Shown piece by piece: positions 28,227 to 37,483 of a stretch of 64,000 bases of DNA. The notes below the pieces were generated by a model. The model saw only the letters and a list, made by a program, of their open reading frames with translations. It was not told the origin of the DNA and did not search any database. Position 1 is the first letter of the stretch, and each line of letters starts with the position of its first letter. The DNA comes from a virus. Lineage: Duplodnaviria > Caudoviricetes. The stretch is taken from positions 128,001-192,000 of the IMG/VR virus record IMGVR_UViG_3300021979_000004, one strand, 5' to 3'. The translations under genes and the position numbers were made by a program.

Positions 28227-28634
28227 ATGTCATTCTTAGATATGCTAGATATTCGGGAAATTACCAGAGCGCATTTTATGATATACCATGAAATGGACAA
28301 CACGTATGAATTCATAACTACCTTAGATTTCAAAGACTGTTACTCCAACGATCCATTTCTCAATAGTATGTCTAAGAAAGATGCATTGAAATACCTTATT
28401 GAAGAAATAACAATAGAAATGTCTCGCTACGGTGTATCCAACATCTATCGCTTTGTTGAGCTAGATAACGATACTAATATTGAAATCAGAGACAAAAATT
28501 ACATCCCTAGTGCCATCTTCCTTTCTATGAAGTTCAACACAAGCCAAGATTTGAACAAATTTAAAATATCACAACCTGACCTTTATAACTATTATAAGAA
28601 AAATTCAAGGTTCTTATATGAGGATTGTGAATAA
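28227..28634 (+). CDS. Hypothetical protein, DLNxxK(L/I) motif family
   Basis: TATAAATA at 28201; GAGG RBS; FNTSQDLNKFKISQPDLY. Confidence 0.55.
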   Translation: MSFLDMLDIREITRAHFMIYHEMDNTYEFITTLDFKDCYSNDPFLNSMSKKDALKYLIEEITIEMSRYGVSNIYRFVELDNDTNIEIRDKNYIPSAIFLSMKFNTSQDLNKFKISQPDLYNYYKKNSRFLYEDCE

Positions 28635-28671
28635 TCCACTTATGGTGTATAATCCTCTCAGGAGGTGAGAT

Positions 28672-28938
28672 ATGACCAGATACGTTGAATTGATGACATG
28701 TCCGAAGAAAGAAAGTCTATTGCTTGGTATTATAGGTGGACTAGGAAATACATTTGGAATAAAACCAGAACTTCTAAGATTAATCTTTAGCGTTATTTTA
28801 ATAGCTAACTTTGTACTCGGAACAAATGCATTTTGGTTTTTTATTATTTTTTACTTCGTAAGCTTCTTTTTAATTCCCCGATATGAAGAAATGTACGACA
28901 GAGCTATTAACCCTGACGCACAACCACCCGAGTTTTAA
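28672..28938 (+). CDS. pspC: PspC-domain membrane protein
   Basis: LLGIIGGLGNTFGIKPELLRLIF followed by TM segments. Confidence 0.75.
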   Translation: MTRYVELMTCPKKESLLLGIIGGLGNTFGIKPELLRLIFSVILIANFVLGTNAFWFFIIFYFVSFFLIPRYEEMYDRAINPDAQPPEF

Positions 28939-29771
28939 AAGTTTTCGCGATACTGTTGGATCATTACCTTGACAGCTTTCTTCCAAAGATCAGGGTTTTG
29001 ATCCTTTATACCACTTAGAACTGGTGAAGAGAAATCATCCAAGAATTCAGTAAACCTTTCAACTCTAGCTGAATCATCGCCAACAAAGTAGCGCATTAGT
29101 TGCATACGGTCATTGTTATTGATATGCAATGATTTGGAAAGGAATTTTATTTTATTTCTAAATGTATTGAACTCAGACTTAAGGGTAGGTAATAGCTCAA
29201 CTGCCGACGTTGCATATTTGATATATTCTTCCTGCGAACCATCTTTGGCTTTATGGTTTTGAACTTGTCTAGGATCGACTTTAGAAAATGCTTTGAATTG
29301 AACAAAATGCATAAGCTCATGCTCAACTGTGTTTTCAAATTCGTGTAGTGTGTAATTAATAAAGGATTCTTTTGGTTCTTGGTCTGCCATCATCATTTTG
29401 AGATTGTGAACGTTTAAAGTTAACATGTTTGTATCGTCATCATACCCACCGTAATAATGATCGTTTGTATCAACGATACGAATATTGATGAACTTATCTT
29501 CCTCAGCAATATTGTATTTAAATTGGTAAGAACCTAACCCAACTTTAGCATTCATGATAACGTTAGAGGTATGGGAAAATTTTAAACGCTTATGAAGTTC
29601 TGGGTATTTTGGATGAATATCGATGGTGCTTAGAAATACATGTCCACTATGCTCGTCATCATTCTTGACCGCCATGAAATCTATAACATACGCATAAACG
29701 AATTCCATGATATCACTGGTTAGTGTTTCTGGTAAACGAATCATGGATTCAAATAACTGTGTTAAACGCAT
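28935..29771 (-). CDS. HExxH zincin-like protein with capsid-targeting-like N-terminus
   Basis: MRLTQLFE; HELMH ... YATSAVEL; TATAAATA at 29806-29813 on -. Confidence 0.6.
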   Translation of the reverse strand: MRLTQLFESMIRLPETLTSDIMEFVYAYVIDFMAVKNDDEHSGHVFLSTIDIHPKYPELHKRLKFSHTSNVIMNAKVGLGSYQFKYNIAEEDKFINIRIVDTNDHYYGGYDDDTNMLTLNVHNLKMMMADQEPKESFINYTLHEFENTVEHELMHFVQFKAFSKVDPRQVQNHKAKDGSQEEYIKYATSAVELLPTLKSEFNTFRNKIKFLSKSLHINNNDRMQLMRYFVGDDSARVERFTEFLDDFSSPVLSGIKDQNPDLWKKAVKVMIQQYRENF

Positions 29772-29889
29772 TGTAAAAATCCTTAAACATTAATATTATA
29801 TGTATTATTTATAGTTTGCAAAATTTTTTATTTGCATATAATATGATGTTGTGTTAGTATATACAGGTAAATTGAAATAAGGTGAAATT

Positions 29890-30300
29890 ATGAGCAACGA
29901 AAATCTTGTTTTTGTGTATGGAAGCTTGAAGCAAGGCTACCACAACCATGAAGTTATTTCTTTCGATTTTGATACCCACACTAAGAATAAAGGGTATGAT
30001 TATCTGGGTAAAGCAAAAACAGTTGATAAGTTCGCGATGTACGATATGGGATCATTCCCTGCTATCTCATTTGATGAAAACGGTAAGCAGGTTTCTGGTG
30101 AGCTATACGCGCTTGATGATGCGACATTTGATCTTCTGGATACTCTGGAAGGATACCCTGAGCATTATAACCGTAAGCTGGTTAAGCTTGATGTTGATGA
30201 AGACATCGAAGCATGGATTTATTTTTATGATCCTGAGAGTGTCGATGACACAATGGAAATTATCGACATTGAATCTGATGTGTATGAGTGGGAATATTAA
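29890..30300 (+). CDS. Gamma-glutamylcyclotransferase (GGCT/AIG2-like)
   Basis: VFVYGSLKQG, GELY, LDxLEGYP, YNR. Confidence 0.9.
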   Translation: MSNENLVFVYGSLKQGYHNHEVISFDFDTHTKNKGYDYLGKAKTVDKFAMYDMGSFPAISFDENGKQVSGELYALDDATFDLLDTLEGYPEHYNRKLVKLDVDEDIEAWIYFYDPESVDDTMEIIDIESDVYEWEY

Positions 30301-30307
30301 TTCCCAC

Positions 30308-31237
30308 TTACTTTATTAGGTCTTCAACTCGCTTGTAGAAGTCTTTTACGACTTTCATATAAAGCTTTGGTGTATCTTGCTTTAGTGCTGAGAAATAATT
30401 CTTAGGTGGTATAGTTACAGGCATTGAATGATTGTCTCCCAATTTTATATCAAAACCCTTATCACTTAACGCCACAAACATACGGAAAAACTCTTTCTTC
30501 TGTTCTTTATCAAACTTCTGCCACCAGTCGTCACCTTCAACGAAACTTCTAAAGTCTTGCTCAAGGTTGGCTAGTTGTGGACGAATCTCTGCCGCAGAAG
30601 TAAAATAGTCATTGTGTACTTTATCTTCAGAGCGTTCACCTGATCCATAATTCTTTTTCGTAGCTGATTGGTCTTTGTGCAGCCCAATATCCTGAACCAA
30701 GTGCTGAAGCTCATGGTCGATAACACTCTTTAGTTTATTGAATTCAATTTTTACTTTCTTATCACTTTTACCACTTTCATCGAACCATGCACTTAATACT
30801 TCCCCTGAAAGGTCAAAAGCATTAATTAAAACATGGGGAACGCCATCTTTCATTCTGTAAGATGACACATCTTTTTCTCGCACCATTACTGAAACATCTA
30901 TCACAATAGCATCATTCTTAGTAAAGGAATCAACATTGTTTCTAACAAGCTGTGAGCTATGATAGTAAGGAACTTCTTCTGGACTCAAAACTGCAATCCC
31001 ATAATAGTCACGATTTGCTGACATACTACGCTTGAATCTTCCACTAAATTCCATTTCTAACGCATCAACATCGAGTCCCGTAGTATCTTCTATGACTTCT
31101 TTAAATTCGTTAACATCCTTCTCATTGCCACCACGTGCATGAAAATGATATACTGCAAAAACAGCCATACGGAGAACATCTTCTTTTAGTTCCTCGGGAA
31201 CTTTGATGGTTCTCTCAAATAGTTGATATAGTTTCAT
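30308..31237 (-). CDS. HExxH zincin-like protein with capsid-targeting-like N-terminus
   Basis: MKLYQLFE; HELQH ... YFTSAAEI; CATAAATA at 31259-31266 on -. Confidence 0.6.
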   Translation of the reverse strand: MKLYQLFERTIKVPEELKEDVLRMAVFAVYHFHARGGNEKDVNEFKEVIEDTTGLDVDALEMEFSGRFKRSMSANRDYYGIAVLSPEEVPYYHSSQLVRNNVDSFTKNDAIVIDVSVMVREKDVSSYRMKDGVPHVLINAFDLSGEVLSAWFDESGKSDKKVKIEFNKLKSVIDHELQHLVQDIGLHKDQSATKKNYGSGERSEDKVHNDYFTSAAEIRPQLANLEQDFRSFVEGDDWWQKFDKEQKKEFFRMFVALSDKGFDIKLGDNHSMPVTIPPKNYFSALKQDTPKLYMKVVKDFYKRVEDLIK

Positions 31238-31301
31238 TAATTATACTCCATTTTATAATATTTATGAAAAACATAAATACAAAAGATTAAGGAGACTTGT
31301 T

Positions 31302-31661
31302 ATGTTTGATCGACTAATCGCCTTTCAAGAAAATGGCGAATGTTTATATTTTTTCGTACCATTGAATCTTTCTTTAGAACAGTTCCTAGAGAATGTGAAA
31401 ATAGAGATAGTATCCAAGAAACGATATAATACTGAGATAAAACATATCAAAAGACAACTGGATAAAGAACAACAAACAATGGAAAACAAAAGCAATCCAG
31501 AAGTAACAAGCGAACAAGCCAAAGTCCTAATAAAAACCTTCGTATCAAATCATCCCTTAGACAATCGATCACCATCAGAAATACTTAAAGACGCAGGAGC
31601 CGTTGAGCTTATTTCAAAAATACCACCAAGCAACATTCTTAAATCAGACGAATTGGATTAA
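31302..31661 (+). CDS. Hypothetical protein
   Basis: AGGAG RBS; CATAAATA at 31272. Confidence 0.55.
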   Translation: MFDRLIAFQENGECLYFFVPLNLSLEQFLENVKIEIVSKKRYNTEIKHIKRQLDKEQQTMENKSNPEVTSEQAKVLIKTFVSNHPLDNRSPSEILKDAGAVELISKIPPSNILKSDELD

Positions 31662-32800
31662 TACCACTCTTCCATACCAAGCTGTTTGAGTATTATTCTC
31701 ACAATATTGTTAACATAGCGTTCAAGCTGGTATGATGAAAGATCACGGTTAACTAAATCATGGTGGAACTCTAACGCTTCCTCTGGGATAGCATCATAGC
31801 GATATAGTCCAAATAGTAAGTTACGTAATATCATTTTAACATTATCGCGATCACCACCGAATGGTGCTAAGTCAAGCTCACTGCCGCCACGTAGCAAGTC
31901 TACCAGAATTCTTATTCTATCTCGGTTGGCCTTTAAGAATCTTACCTTCTCTTCTTTTTTCTTTATGATTTCCCACTTAGATTTTATGTCTTCGATAAAA
32001 TCTTCCAGTTTCCTATAACCATTTTGCTTCATAACAGTTATTAGTTTTTTCACACTTTCTGTAGAACCTTTACTATTCATACCGGTTTCATTTTGTATGT
32101 CAATCATTACTGATCTGGTAAAATCATCATACTTCATTGATCGAAGAGCTTCTTTCGATTCCTTAGAAAGCTCATTTTCAGATTTTTTATAGAACAACTC
32201 TATTAGGGATGTTATTGTAGATTGACGCTTCGATCTAATACGTGGATGTGATTTCATTTCCCCCCTAAAGGATTTTATTTGATCAAAGCTGAGTGCATTC
32301 TTTTTGTTATTGCCAATCCAGTCTTTGTTATTATTATAGACATATACTGGAATATCATATTGCTTAGCCAGCTTGTAAATAGGCAACACGTATGGATTTT
32401 CATGTGTGCCATATTCGGTTGCAACCAAAACTGATATTTCTTCTACATAGTTCATAAACGGTATCGAGTCTTTGTCTGTGAACAAACGGTCTTCCATTTC
32501 ATCGTCGCCGGGAACTGATGTACTTCCACTGTTCCAGTAGTCAACAGCTTTTCCCGAATAGGTATTGTTTAGCTTCGAACCATTAACTTTAAAAAGAACG
32601 CCACTATTTGAATCAACATGATAACCGCCCAAGCGTGAGCGTGTAAGGGACATGAAGTAAAACTTTTTCGAACCCATTTGCCTTTCAACCTTTCCTTTTA
32701 TAGTAGGCGTAAGGTTGATCTTATTTTCTTTCATAATGCTATGGGCACTTTTGAGGGAAGTGTAATAAAATAATGTGTTGGTTAAACTTTCTATCAGCAT
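31658..32800 (-). CDS. Late protein with N-terminal ART-like domain
   Basis: FYYTS...FMSLTRS...VLFKV...DYW...EMEDR; starts MLIE; AATAAATA at 32822-32829 on -. Confidence 0.4.
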   Translation of the reverse strand: MLIESLTNTLFYYTSLKSAHSIMKENKINLTPTIKGKVERQMGSKKFYFMSLTRSRLGGYHVDSNSGVLFKVNGSKLNNTYSGKAVDYWNSGSTSVPGDDEMEDRLFTDKDSIPFMNYVEEISVLVATEYGTHENPYVLPIYKLAKQYDIPVYVYNNNKDWIGNNKKNALSFDQIKSFRGEMKSHPRIRSKRQSTITSLIELFYKKSENELSKESKEALRSMKYDDFTRSVMIDIQNETGMNSKGSTESVKKLITVMKQNGYRKLEDFIEDIKSKWEIIKKKEEKVRFLKANRDRIRILVDLLRGGSELDLAPFGGDRDNVKMILRNLLFGLYRYDAIPEEALEFHHDLVNRDLSSYQLERYVNNIVRIILKQLGMEEWY

Positions 32801-32889
32801 GATCTATTCCTATTTTATAGGTATTTATTAAAATACTTTATGACCTAAATATTAAAAAGTTGTTATAAATAACTGAAAAGGTATATAGT

Positions 32890-33384
32890 ATGAAAAAAAT
32901 ATTAGGTTATATAAGAAATACATGTTTGCTACTAACATTACTAGTTGTGACAGGAATAGTAATGCCAGCAATGATGTATAAAGAAACTGCCGAATCTACT
33001 GAAGAACTTATAATTGTTCTTTCAAGTGAGAACATAACTATTGTTGATCGAACTGCCGAAATCATCACCGCAAAACTAGACCTTCCTTTAGATAATGAAA
33101 TAGTACGTGCTAACATAGAAGCAATGCCAAATGCTAAGAAAGAACGTGATGTTGATACAAAAATAAGACAGGTGATACGTAATTATAGATTACCAATATC
33201 GTTTGATGATGAAGCACAGTTCTCAGAATATATAAAAGAAAAACGTATTTACTTTTTAGAAAACAGTGATAAGATTGTTAAATATGTGAATGAATACCAA
33301 GAATACTTAGCCCAACCTTTGGCTGGATTCTATTTACGTATAACTGGATTTCCAAAACGAATTGCTTTAGAACAGGAGTTATAA
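32890..33384 (+). CDS. LemA-like membrane-anchored helical protein
   Basis: N-terminal TM; C-terminal YVNEYQEYLAQPLAGFYLRITGFPK; TATAAATA at 32864. Confidence 0.45.
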   Translation: MKKILGYIRNTCLLLTLLVVTGIVMPAMMYKETAESTEELIIVLSSENITIVDRTAEIITAKLDLPLDNEIVRANIEAMPNAKKERDVDTKIRQVIRNYRLPISFDDEAQFSEYIKEKRIYFLENSDKIVKYVNEYQEYLAQPLAGFYLRITGFPKRIALEQEL

Positions 33385-33536
33385 TGCCCTCACGTAATGA
33401 TGTAACAGGTGACAACCTAGTTTCCCGAACAAACAATGATCAATATAGAAGTAATTGGGATCGAATCTTTGGTAAGAAAGAAGAAGCTAAAGTTGAAGAA
33501 ACCGAAAAGAAAGAAGATAAAGAAGAAGGCAAATAA
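33384..33536 (+). CDS. Small conserved-looking phage protein (50 aa)
   Basis: Manual translation MPSRNDVTGDNLVSRTNNDQYRSNWDRIFGKK...; TAATG coupling; absent from the ORF track. Confidence 0.65.
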   Translation: MPSRNDVTGDNLVSRTNNDQYRSNWDRIFGKKEEAKVEETEKKEDKEEGK

Positions 33537-33563
33537 AAGAAAGAGCTTTAAAGCTCTTTCTTT
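33536..33563. terminator. Bidirectional terminator
   Basis: AAAGAAAGAGC-TTTAAA-GCTCTTTCTTT. Confidence 0.75.
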
Positions 33564-33919
33564 TTTATACGAGGGTCAGAAGTAGACAAAGAACTAAGAA
33601 TATCCTCAATATTGTCTTCGTTTGCTCTTACCAAAATAGAAAGCGTTGCCATCTTATCACCAAATGGAGACACGTGTACATTAAACATGGTCTTCCCATG
33701 TACTCCATGATAAAAACTGTGACTATGGTAATAAGCATACCTTTCCTTAAAGATATGGAGATTACCTACCTTTTCCATATCAATATATACCGTTGTACCA
33801 TTTCTAAATTTTTCATTAGTGAACTTAGTGAAATAATTATCTACCTTTGTCCTTATATCACTATCTGAATGTAACGTTGACATACTTAGCTCCTTATAGT
33901 GTCGGTTACATATTAGCAC
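33548..33919 (-). CDS. Hypothetical protein
   Basis: AAGGAG RBS before the internal MST start. Confidence 0.5.
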   Translation of the reverse strand: MLICNRHYKELSMSTLHSDSDIRTKVDNYFTKFTNEKFRNGTTVYIDMEKVGNLHIFKERYAYYHSHSFYHGVHGKTMFNVHVSPFGDKMATLSILVRANEDNIEDILSSLSTSDPRIKKKEL

Positions 33920-33940
33920 GATAAGAATCTTGCGGTCAAC

Positions 33941-34180
33941 TTATTTTTCGATGAAAAGGTAAAAACTTTCGCCAATTTCTTTGAATTTGGCCTTAAATGA
34001 ATAGTTCTTTATCGATTGTGACGAATTTGTAATATGTTTGTCATATACCTTTTTGGATATTTCTTGTGAATAACTTCCAAACCCATTGACAGACCTTTCC
34101 CAGAAGTCTTTCACATTCACCGCTAACTCTTCATTACCTACTAAGACTATTCGCATAAAGAACCTCCATTCGCTTACCAT
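33941..34180 (-). CDS. Hypothetical protein
   Basis: GGAGG RBS before the internal MRI start. Confidence 0.5.
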   Translation of the reverse strand: MVSEWRFFMRIVLVGNEELAVNVKDFWERSVNGFGSYSQEISKKVYDKHITNSSQSIKNYSFKAKFKEIGESFYLFIEK

Positions 34181-34754
34181 GATACGTTAAAGCATCAAGA
34201 GTTTCAAGTAAATACTTCTTAATACCAATCTTTTTATCAATAAGAATATCATACGACTCATTGTTCAATAGAACGTAATCGAGTCTCATGGATCGAGTAT
34301 CAACCCCATAAAGTTTTAATCGGTTCACATCAATAGGATAATTATCTTCTACGCTATTGACACAATAGATGACATACTCATCGTCTTCTACATACATACC
34401 ACTTAAACACTTACTGATCAGTTCTCGTTCCCTTTTTTCAAAGCCCTTGGATTTGTAAATGGATATGATTCTAGGGGTTTGTTGTTTATCAATAATATTA
34501 CGTAGTTCTTGTATGGTCTGTAAGCAAAAGTTATTGGTGGTTACTGTCTTAGAGGTTTCAGAATTAACACGATTGATTTCTGAAATTAGATCACAAACAT
34601 ATATTTCCATTTCACGCACGTACTCAGCCATTAGCATAATATCATTAATATTTTTATTTGTGTTCATGATAGAACTATCACAACGTGTATCAACCTCAAT
34701 AGAAATATCAGGGTTTTTAATAAGCTTTGATATTTCATCATTAATATTCATCAT
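34134..34754 (-). CDS. Hypothetical protein
   Basis: ORF in a minus-strand operon. Confidence 0.55.
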   Translation of the reverse strand: MMNINDEISKLIKNPDISIEVDTRCDSSIMNTNKNINDIMLMAEYVREMEIYVCDLISEINRVNSETSKTVTTNNFCLQTIQELRNIIDKQQTPRIISIYKSKGFEKRERELISKCLSGMYVEDDEYVIYCVNSVEDNYPIDVNRLKLYGVDTRSMRLDYVLLNNESYDILIDKKIGIKKYLLETLDALTYHGKRMEVLYANSLSR

Positions 34755-35499
34755 TGTTATCCCACCTTTCTGAAATTTCCTGTAGTGTCATTGATTTAAA
34801 TCTTGGGTACTGATCAACTATGCATCTTAAGTTACAACGAAAATCATCTTCATTAAAACCTTTCGGCTTATGAATATAGTAAAGAGGATGAGTGTAATCA
34901 CCCTTAAGTTTTTTCGTATTGGCGACACGCTTCATATCAGCAATACATGTAGGACGTGCACCTTTCATTTCCCACACATAATTGAATCCTGCCATTACAA
35001 ACGTGTTGGCCCGTTTTCTACTAGAAATGATCATCGACGGTTCAGTTTCGTCGTAATCCTTATCGGAACGAAGAAGACCACTGATGGTGCTTGTATGATA
35101 ACTATCCCCATAGACACAATTGCGCCACGAAAGAAATATAAATTTACGGCACGATAGTTTATCCTTCTGCCACCCCAGACCACGTGACATTATTTCACGG
35201 TCGATAACAAATCTAAAATCTTGATTACTGTTATACTCTTCATGGAAAATATTATAGTTCACTGTGTTATAAAGTTTTTCGTTAAGCATTTCTGACATAT
35301 CTATGTTGATGATAGACAAGTCATCATCCTCTAATAGCTTAACGAAGCTATCATCATTTACTGGATCACACAGTAACTTTTTATATTTTTTAGGCTGGCC
35401 CTTGGGAACTACAAAGTTCTTCTTTGATGTATTGAACCTTAGTTTTGGATTATCAATGTGTTCGTACAAACACGCCAGTGTGATATTGTTGTCACTCAT
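34741..35499 (-). CDS. Hypothetical protein
   Basis: ORF in a minus-strand operon. Confidence 0.6.
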   Translation of the reverse strand: MSDNNITLACLYEHIDNPKLRFNTSKKNFVVPKGQPKKYKKLLCDPVNDDSFVKLLEDDDLSIINIDMSEMLNEKLYNTVNYNIFHEEYNSNQDFRFVIDREIMSRGLGWQKDKLSCRKFIFLSWRNCVYGDSYHTSTISGLLRSDKDYDETEPSMIISSRKRANTFVMAGFNYVWEMKGARPTCIADMKRVANTKKLKGDYTHPLYYIHKPKGFNEDDFRCNLRCIVDQYPRFKSMTLQEISERWDNNDEY

Positions 35500-35557
35500 T
35501 TCTACTAATCCTTAAGAATTTTCCAAAGTGTATCATTTGTACATATTCATTTCAAGC

Positions 35558-35587
35558 TTGACACTCCACAATACACTAGTTTATAAT
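35558..35587 (+). promoter_or_regulatory. Sigma70-type promoter heading the long + strand accessory run
   Basis: TTGACA-18 nt-TATAAT. Confidence 0.7.
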
Positions 35588-35613
35588 TGAATAAAATTTT
35601 AGAGGAATTTATT

Positions 35614-36009
35614 ATGGCCGGAAAAAACAAGCGTCCTTTGTACAGCGCATACGTTCTTACAAGTGAAGCACGTAACAAGCTTCTATCTATCTTTCCTGTT
35701 GCCTACCCTGCACGTGTCGTTGCACATCACGTAACAGTGCAATTTGGTAATGTGTCCGCAGATGACATTCCTACTGGTAAAGAAATCAAAGTAGTTGGAA
35801 CCCTCGATACTGGCGATGGTCTTCAAGCGTTGGTTGTAAGTGTAGATGGTGAGGTTGACCGTCCTGATGGTTCGGTATATCATATCACTTGGTCACTGGA
35901 CAACGGGTACAAGCCAGTAGACTCAAACAAGATGATTAAGAAGCTCGGCTATACTCCAATTGATCACAAAGTATTGGTAGATTTTGAGCCGAAAGTAGTA
36001 TTTGTATAG
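35614..36009 (+). CDS. 2H phosphoesterase-fold protein
   Basis: Two HxT motifs (AHHVTV, YHITWS); GAGGA RBS. Confidence 0.7.
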   Translation: MAGKNKRPLYSAYVLTSEARNKLLSIFPVAYPARVVAHHVTVQFGNVSADDIPTGKEIKVVGTLDTGDGLQALVVSVDGEVDRPDGSVYHITWSLDNGYKPVDSNKMIKKLGYTPIDHKVLVDFEPKVVFV

Positions 36010-36018
36010 GAGCAGTAA

Positions 36019-36336
36019 ATGGGTATTTGGCAAAAATTAAAAGAAAAGTTTTCATCACCTAAACCTGATGATTCAGATGATGCACAGTTTAGTGATGAAG
36101 TACCAACTGGAAAAACTGATGCAGATAGTGTTGTGGTAGATGAACGTCTACAATGGATTATGGATAACTTCAGTGGTTGGCCTAGTCCAAGTTATGAATA
36201 TGTCGCGCTCATTGAACAGCCTGATCCAGTTGTAGGAAGGAAGCGCACGTTGAAGTTCTTTAAGCGCCCAACTAATGAGGGTGTGGTAAGTTACCCACGT
36301 GATTTCATTGACAAACTTTTAGATAACGGAGAATAA
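36019..36336 (+). CDS. Hypothetical protein
   Basis: AGGAG RBS. Confidence 0.6.
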   Translation: MGIWQKLKEKFSSPKPDDSDDAQFSDEVPTGKTDADSVVVDERLQWIMDNFSGWPSPSYEYVALIEQPDPVVGRKRTLKFFKRPTNEGVVSYPRDFIDKLLDNGE

Positions 36337-36337
36337 T

Positions 36338-36709
36338 ATGTCTTCTAAATGGCAAAGGTTTAAACAATGGTGGTCGGAATCATGGACCGCTTTTCGTCGC
36401 ATGGAAACAATCAAGCAGTGTGGGTTTGATCCGTGGGAATATCAAGAAAAGATGAAATACCTTCATGAGCGTGTTACAAAGCTTGAAGAAGAAAATCGTC
36501 TTCTAAAGAAAGACCTTGATAATCAATTAAATGATATCAAAGATGCTGGATATGTTCACAGCGAAGACCTTGATTTCTATAAAAACGTTCACGATGAAGT
36601 GGTACAACTCCACAATAAGTTCCCTGTCCAACTTCGTAAGATGTGGTCTGGTGGTGAAATTGTACAATGGATTCGTAATGAACAAATGCGTATATTGAAA
36701 AAGAAGTGA
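36338..36709 (+). CDS. Hypothetical coiled-coil protein
   Basis: GGAG RBS. Confidence 0.6.
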   Translation: MSSKWQRFKQWWSESWTAFRRMETIKQCGFDPWEYQEKMKYLHERVTKLEEENRLLKKDLDNQLNDIKDAGYVHSEDLDFYKNVHDEVVQLHNKFPVQLRKMWSGGEIVQWIRNEQMRILKKK

Positions 36710-36716
36710 GGTTGAT

Positions 36717-36914
36717 ATGAAATTTACAAGACAACCAAAGCCAAATCGCTTTGATGAACGTACTATCACTAAGTTTGCACTATGGCCTGTGACCGCACGA
36801 ACAAGCAATGGTCGGATTGAAACCCGCTGGCTTGAAAAGGTTACAGTGACACAAAAGTATTATCCCCAAGATAGTAATCGTGAAGCTTGGGTTAGCATGG
36901 AGTTTGAAAGCTAA
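36717..36914 (+). CDS. Small hypothetical protein
   Basis: GAGG RBS; FALWPV...RWLE. Confidence 0.55.
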   Translation: MKFTRQPKPNRFDERTITKFALWPVTARTSNGRIETRWLEKVTVTQKYYPQDSNREAWVSMEFES

Positions 36915-37465
36915 TGACCACGGTAGTTGTTGACCTAACAAACCAAAAGATTGTTACCGACAGTCGTTGTACTGGTAATCGAAAGGTTAGTTATACGCTT
37001 TCATTTTTTAAAAAGAAACTTAAGCTTCCTTTCTTTAAGTTTCAGGAATGTGTTTCGACTGATGACTACACTGTTAAATCTGTACGAATTAATAAAAACG
37101 GATTTACTGAGTATGCAGTAGGGTCGGGAACCGTCCAAGAAATTAAAAAGTTTATAAAGAACTACAGCAACGACACGATTCCTAAAAAATTCCTTAAGGA
37201 TTCAACAGTTTTGGTTGTTTCTTTTAACGGTTATCGGTGGGTTGTTAAGTCGTACAGTAATTCAACGTTGCATCTTTATGGAAGTGATGTAGACTGGATT
37301 ACAAGTGGCTCTGGCAGTCAACTATCCGCCGCAGCTATGGATATGATTAGTGAAGAAAATAGAAACCGTGCTGAGAAAGCAGTAGAAGTTGCTATCAACA
37401 GGGATACTTACAGCGGTGGCGAAATAAGAACATTACAATTACAAGATTATTGCGATATTTATTAA
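36914..37465 (+). CDS. HslV/proteasome-beta-like Ntn peptidase
   Basis: N-terminal MTT, DSRCT, GSGS, RDTYSGG. Confidence 0.72.
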   Translation: MTTVVVDLTNQKIVTDSRCTGNRKVSYTLSFFKKKLKLPFFKFQECVSTDDYTVKSVRINKNGFTEYAVGSGTVQEIKKFIKNYSNDTIPKKFLKDSTVLVVSFNGYRWVVKSYSNSTLHLYGSDVDWITSGSGSQLSAAAMDMISEENRNRAEKAVEVAINRDTYSGGEIRTLQLQDYCDIY

Positions 37466-37483
37466 AAGAAAAATAGGTGTATT

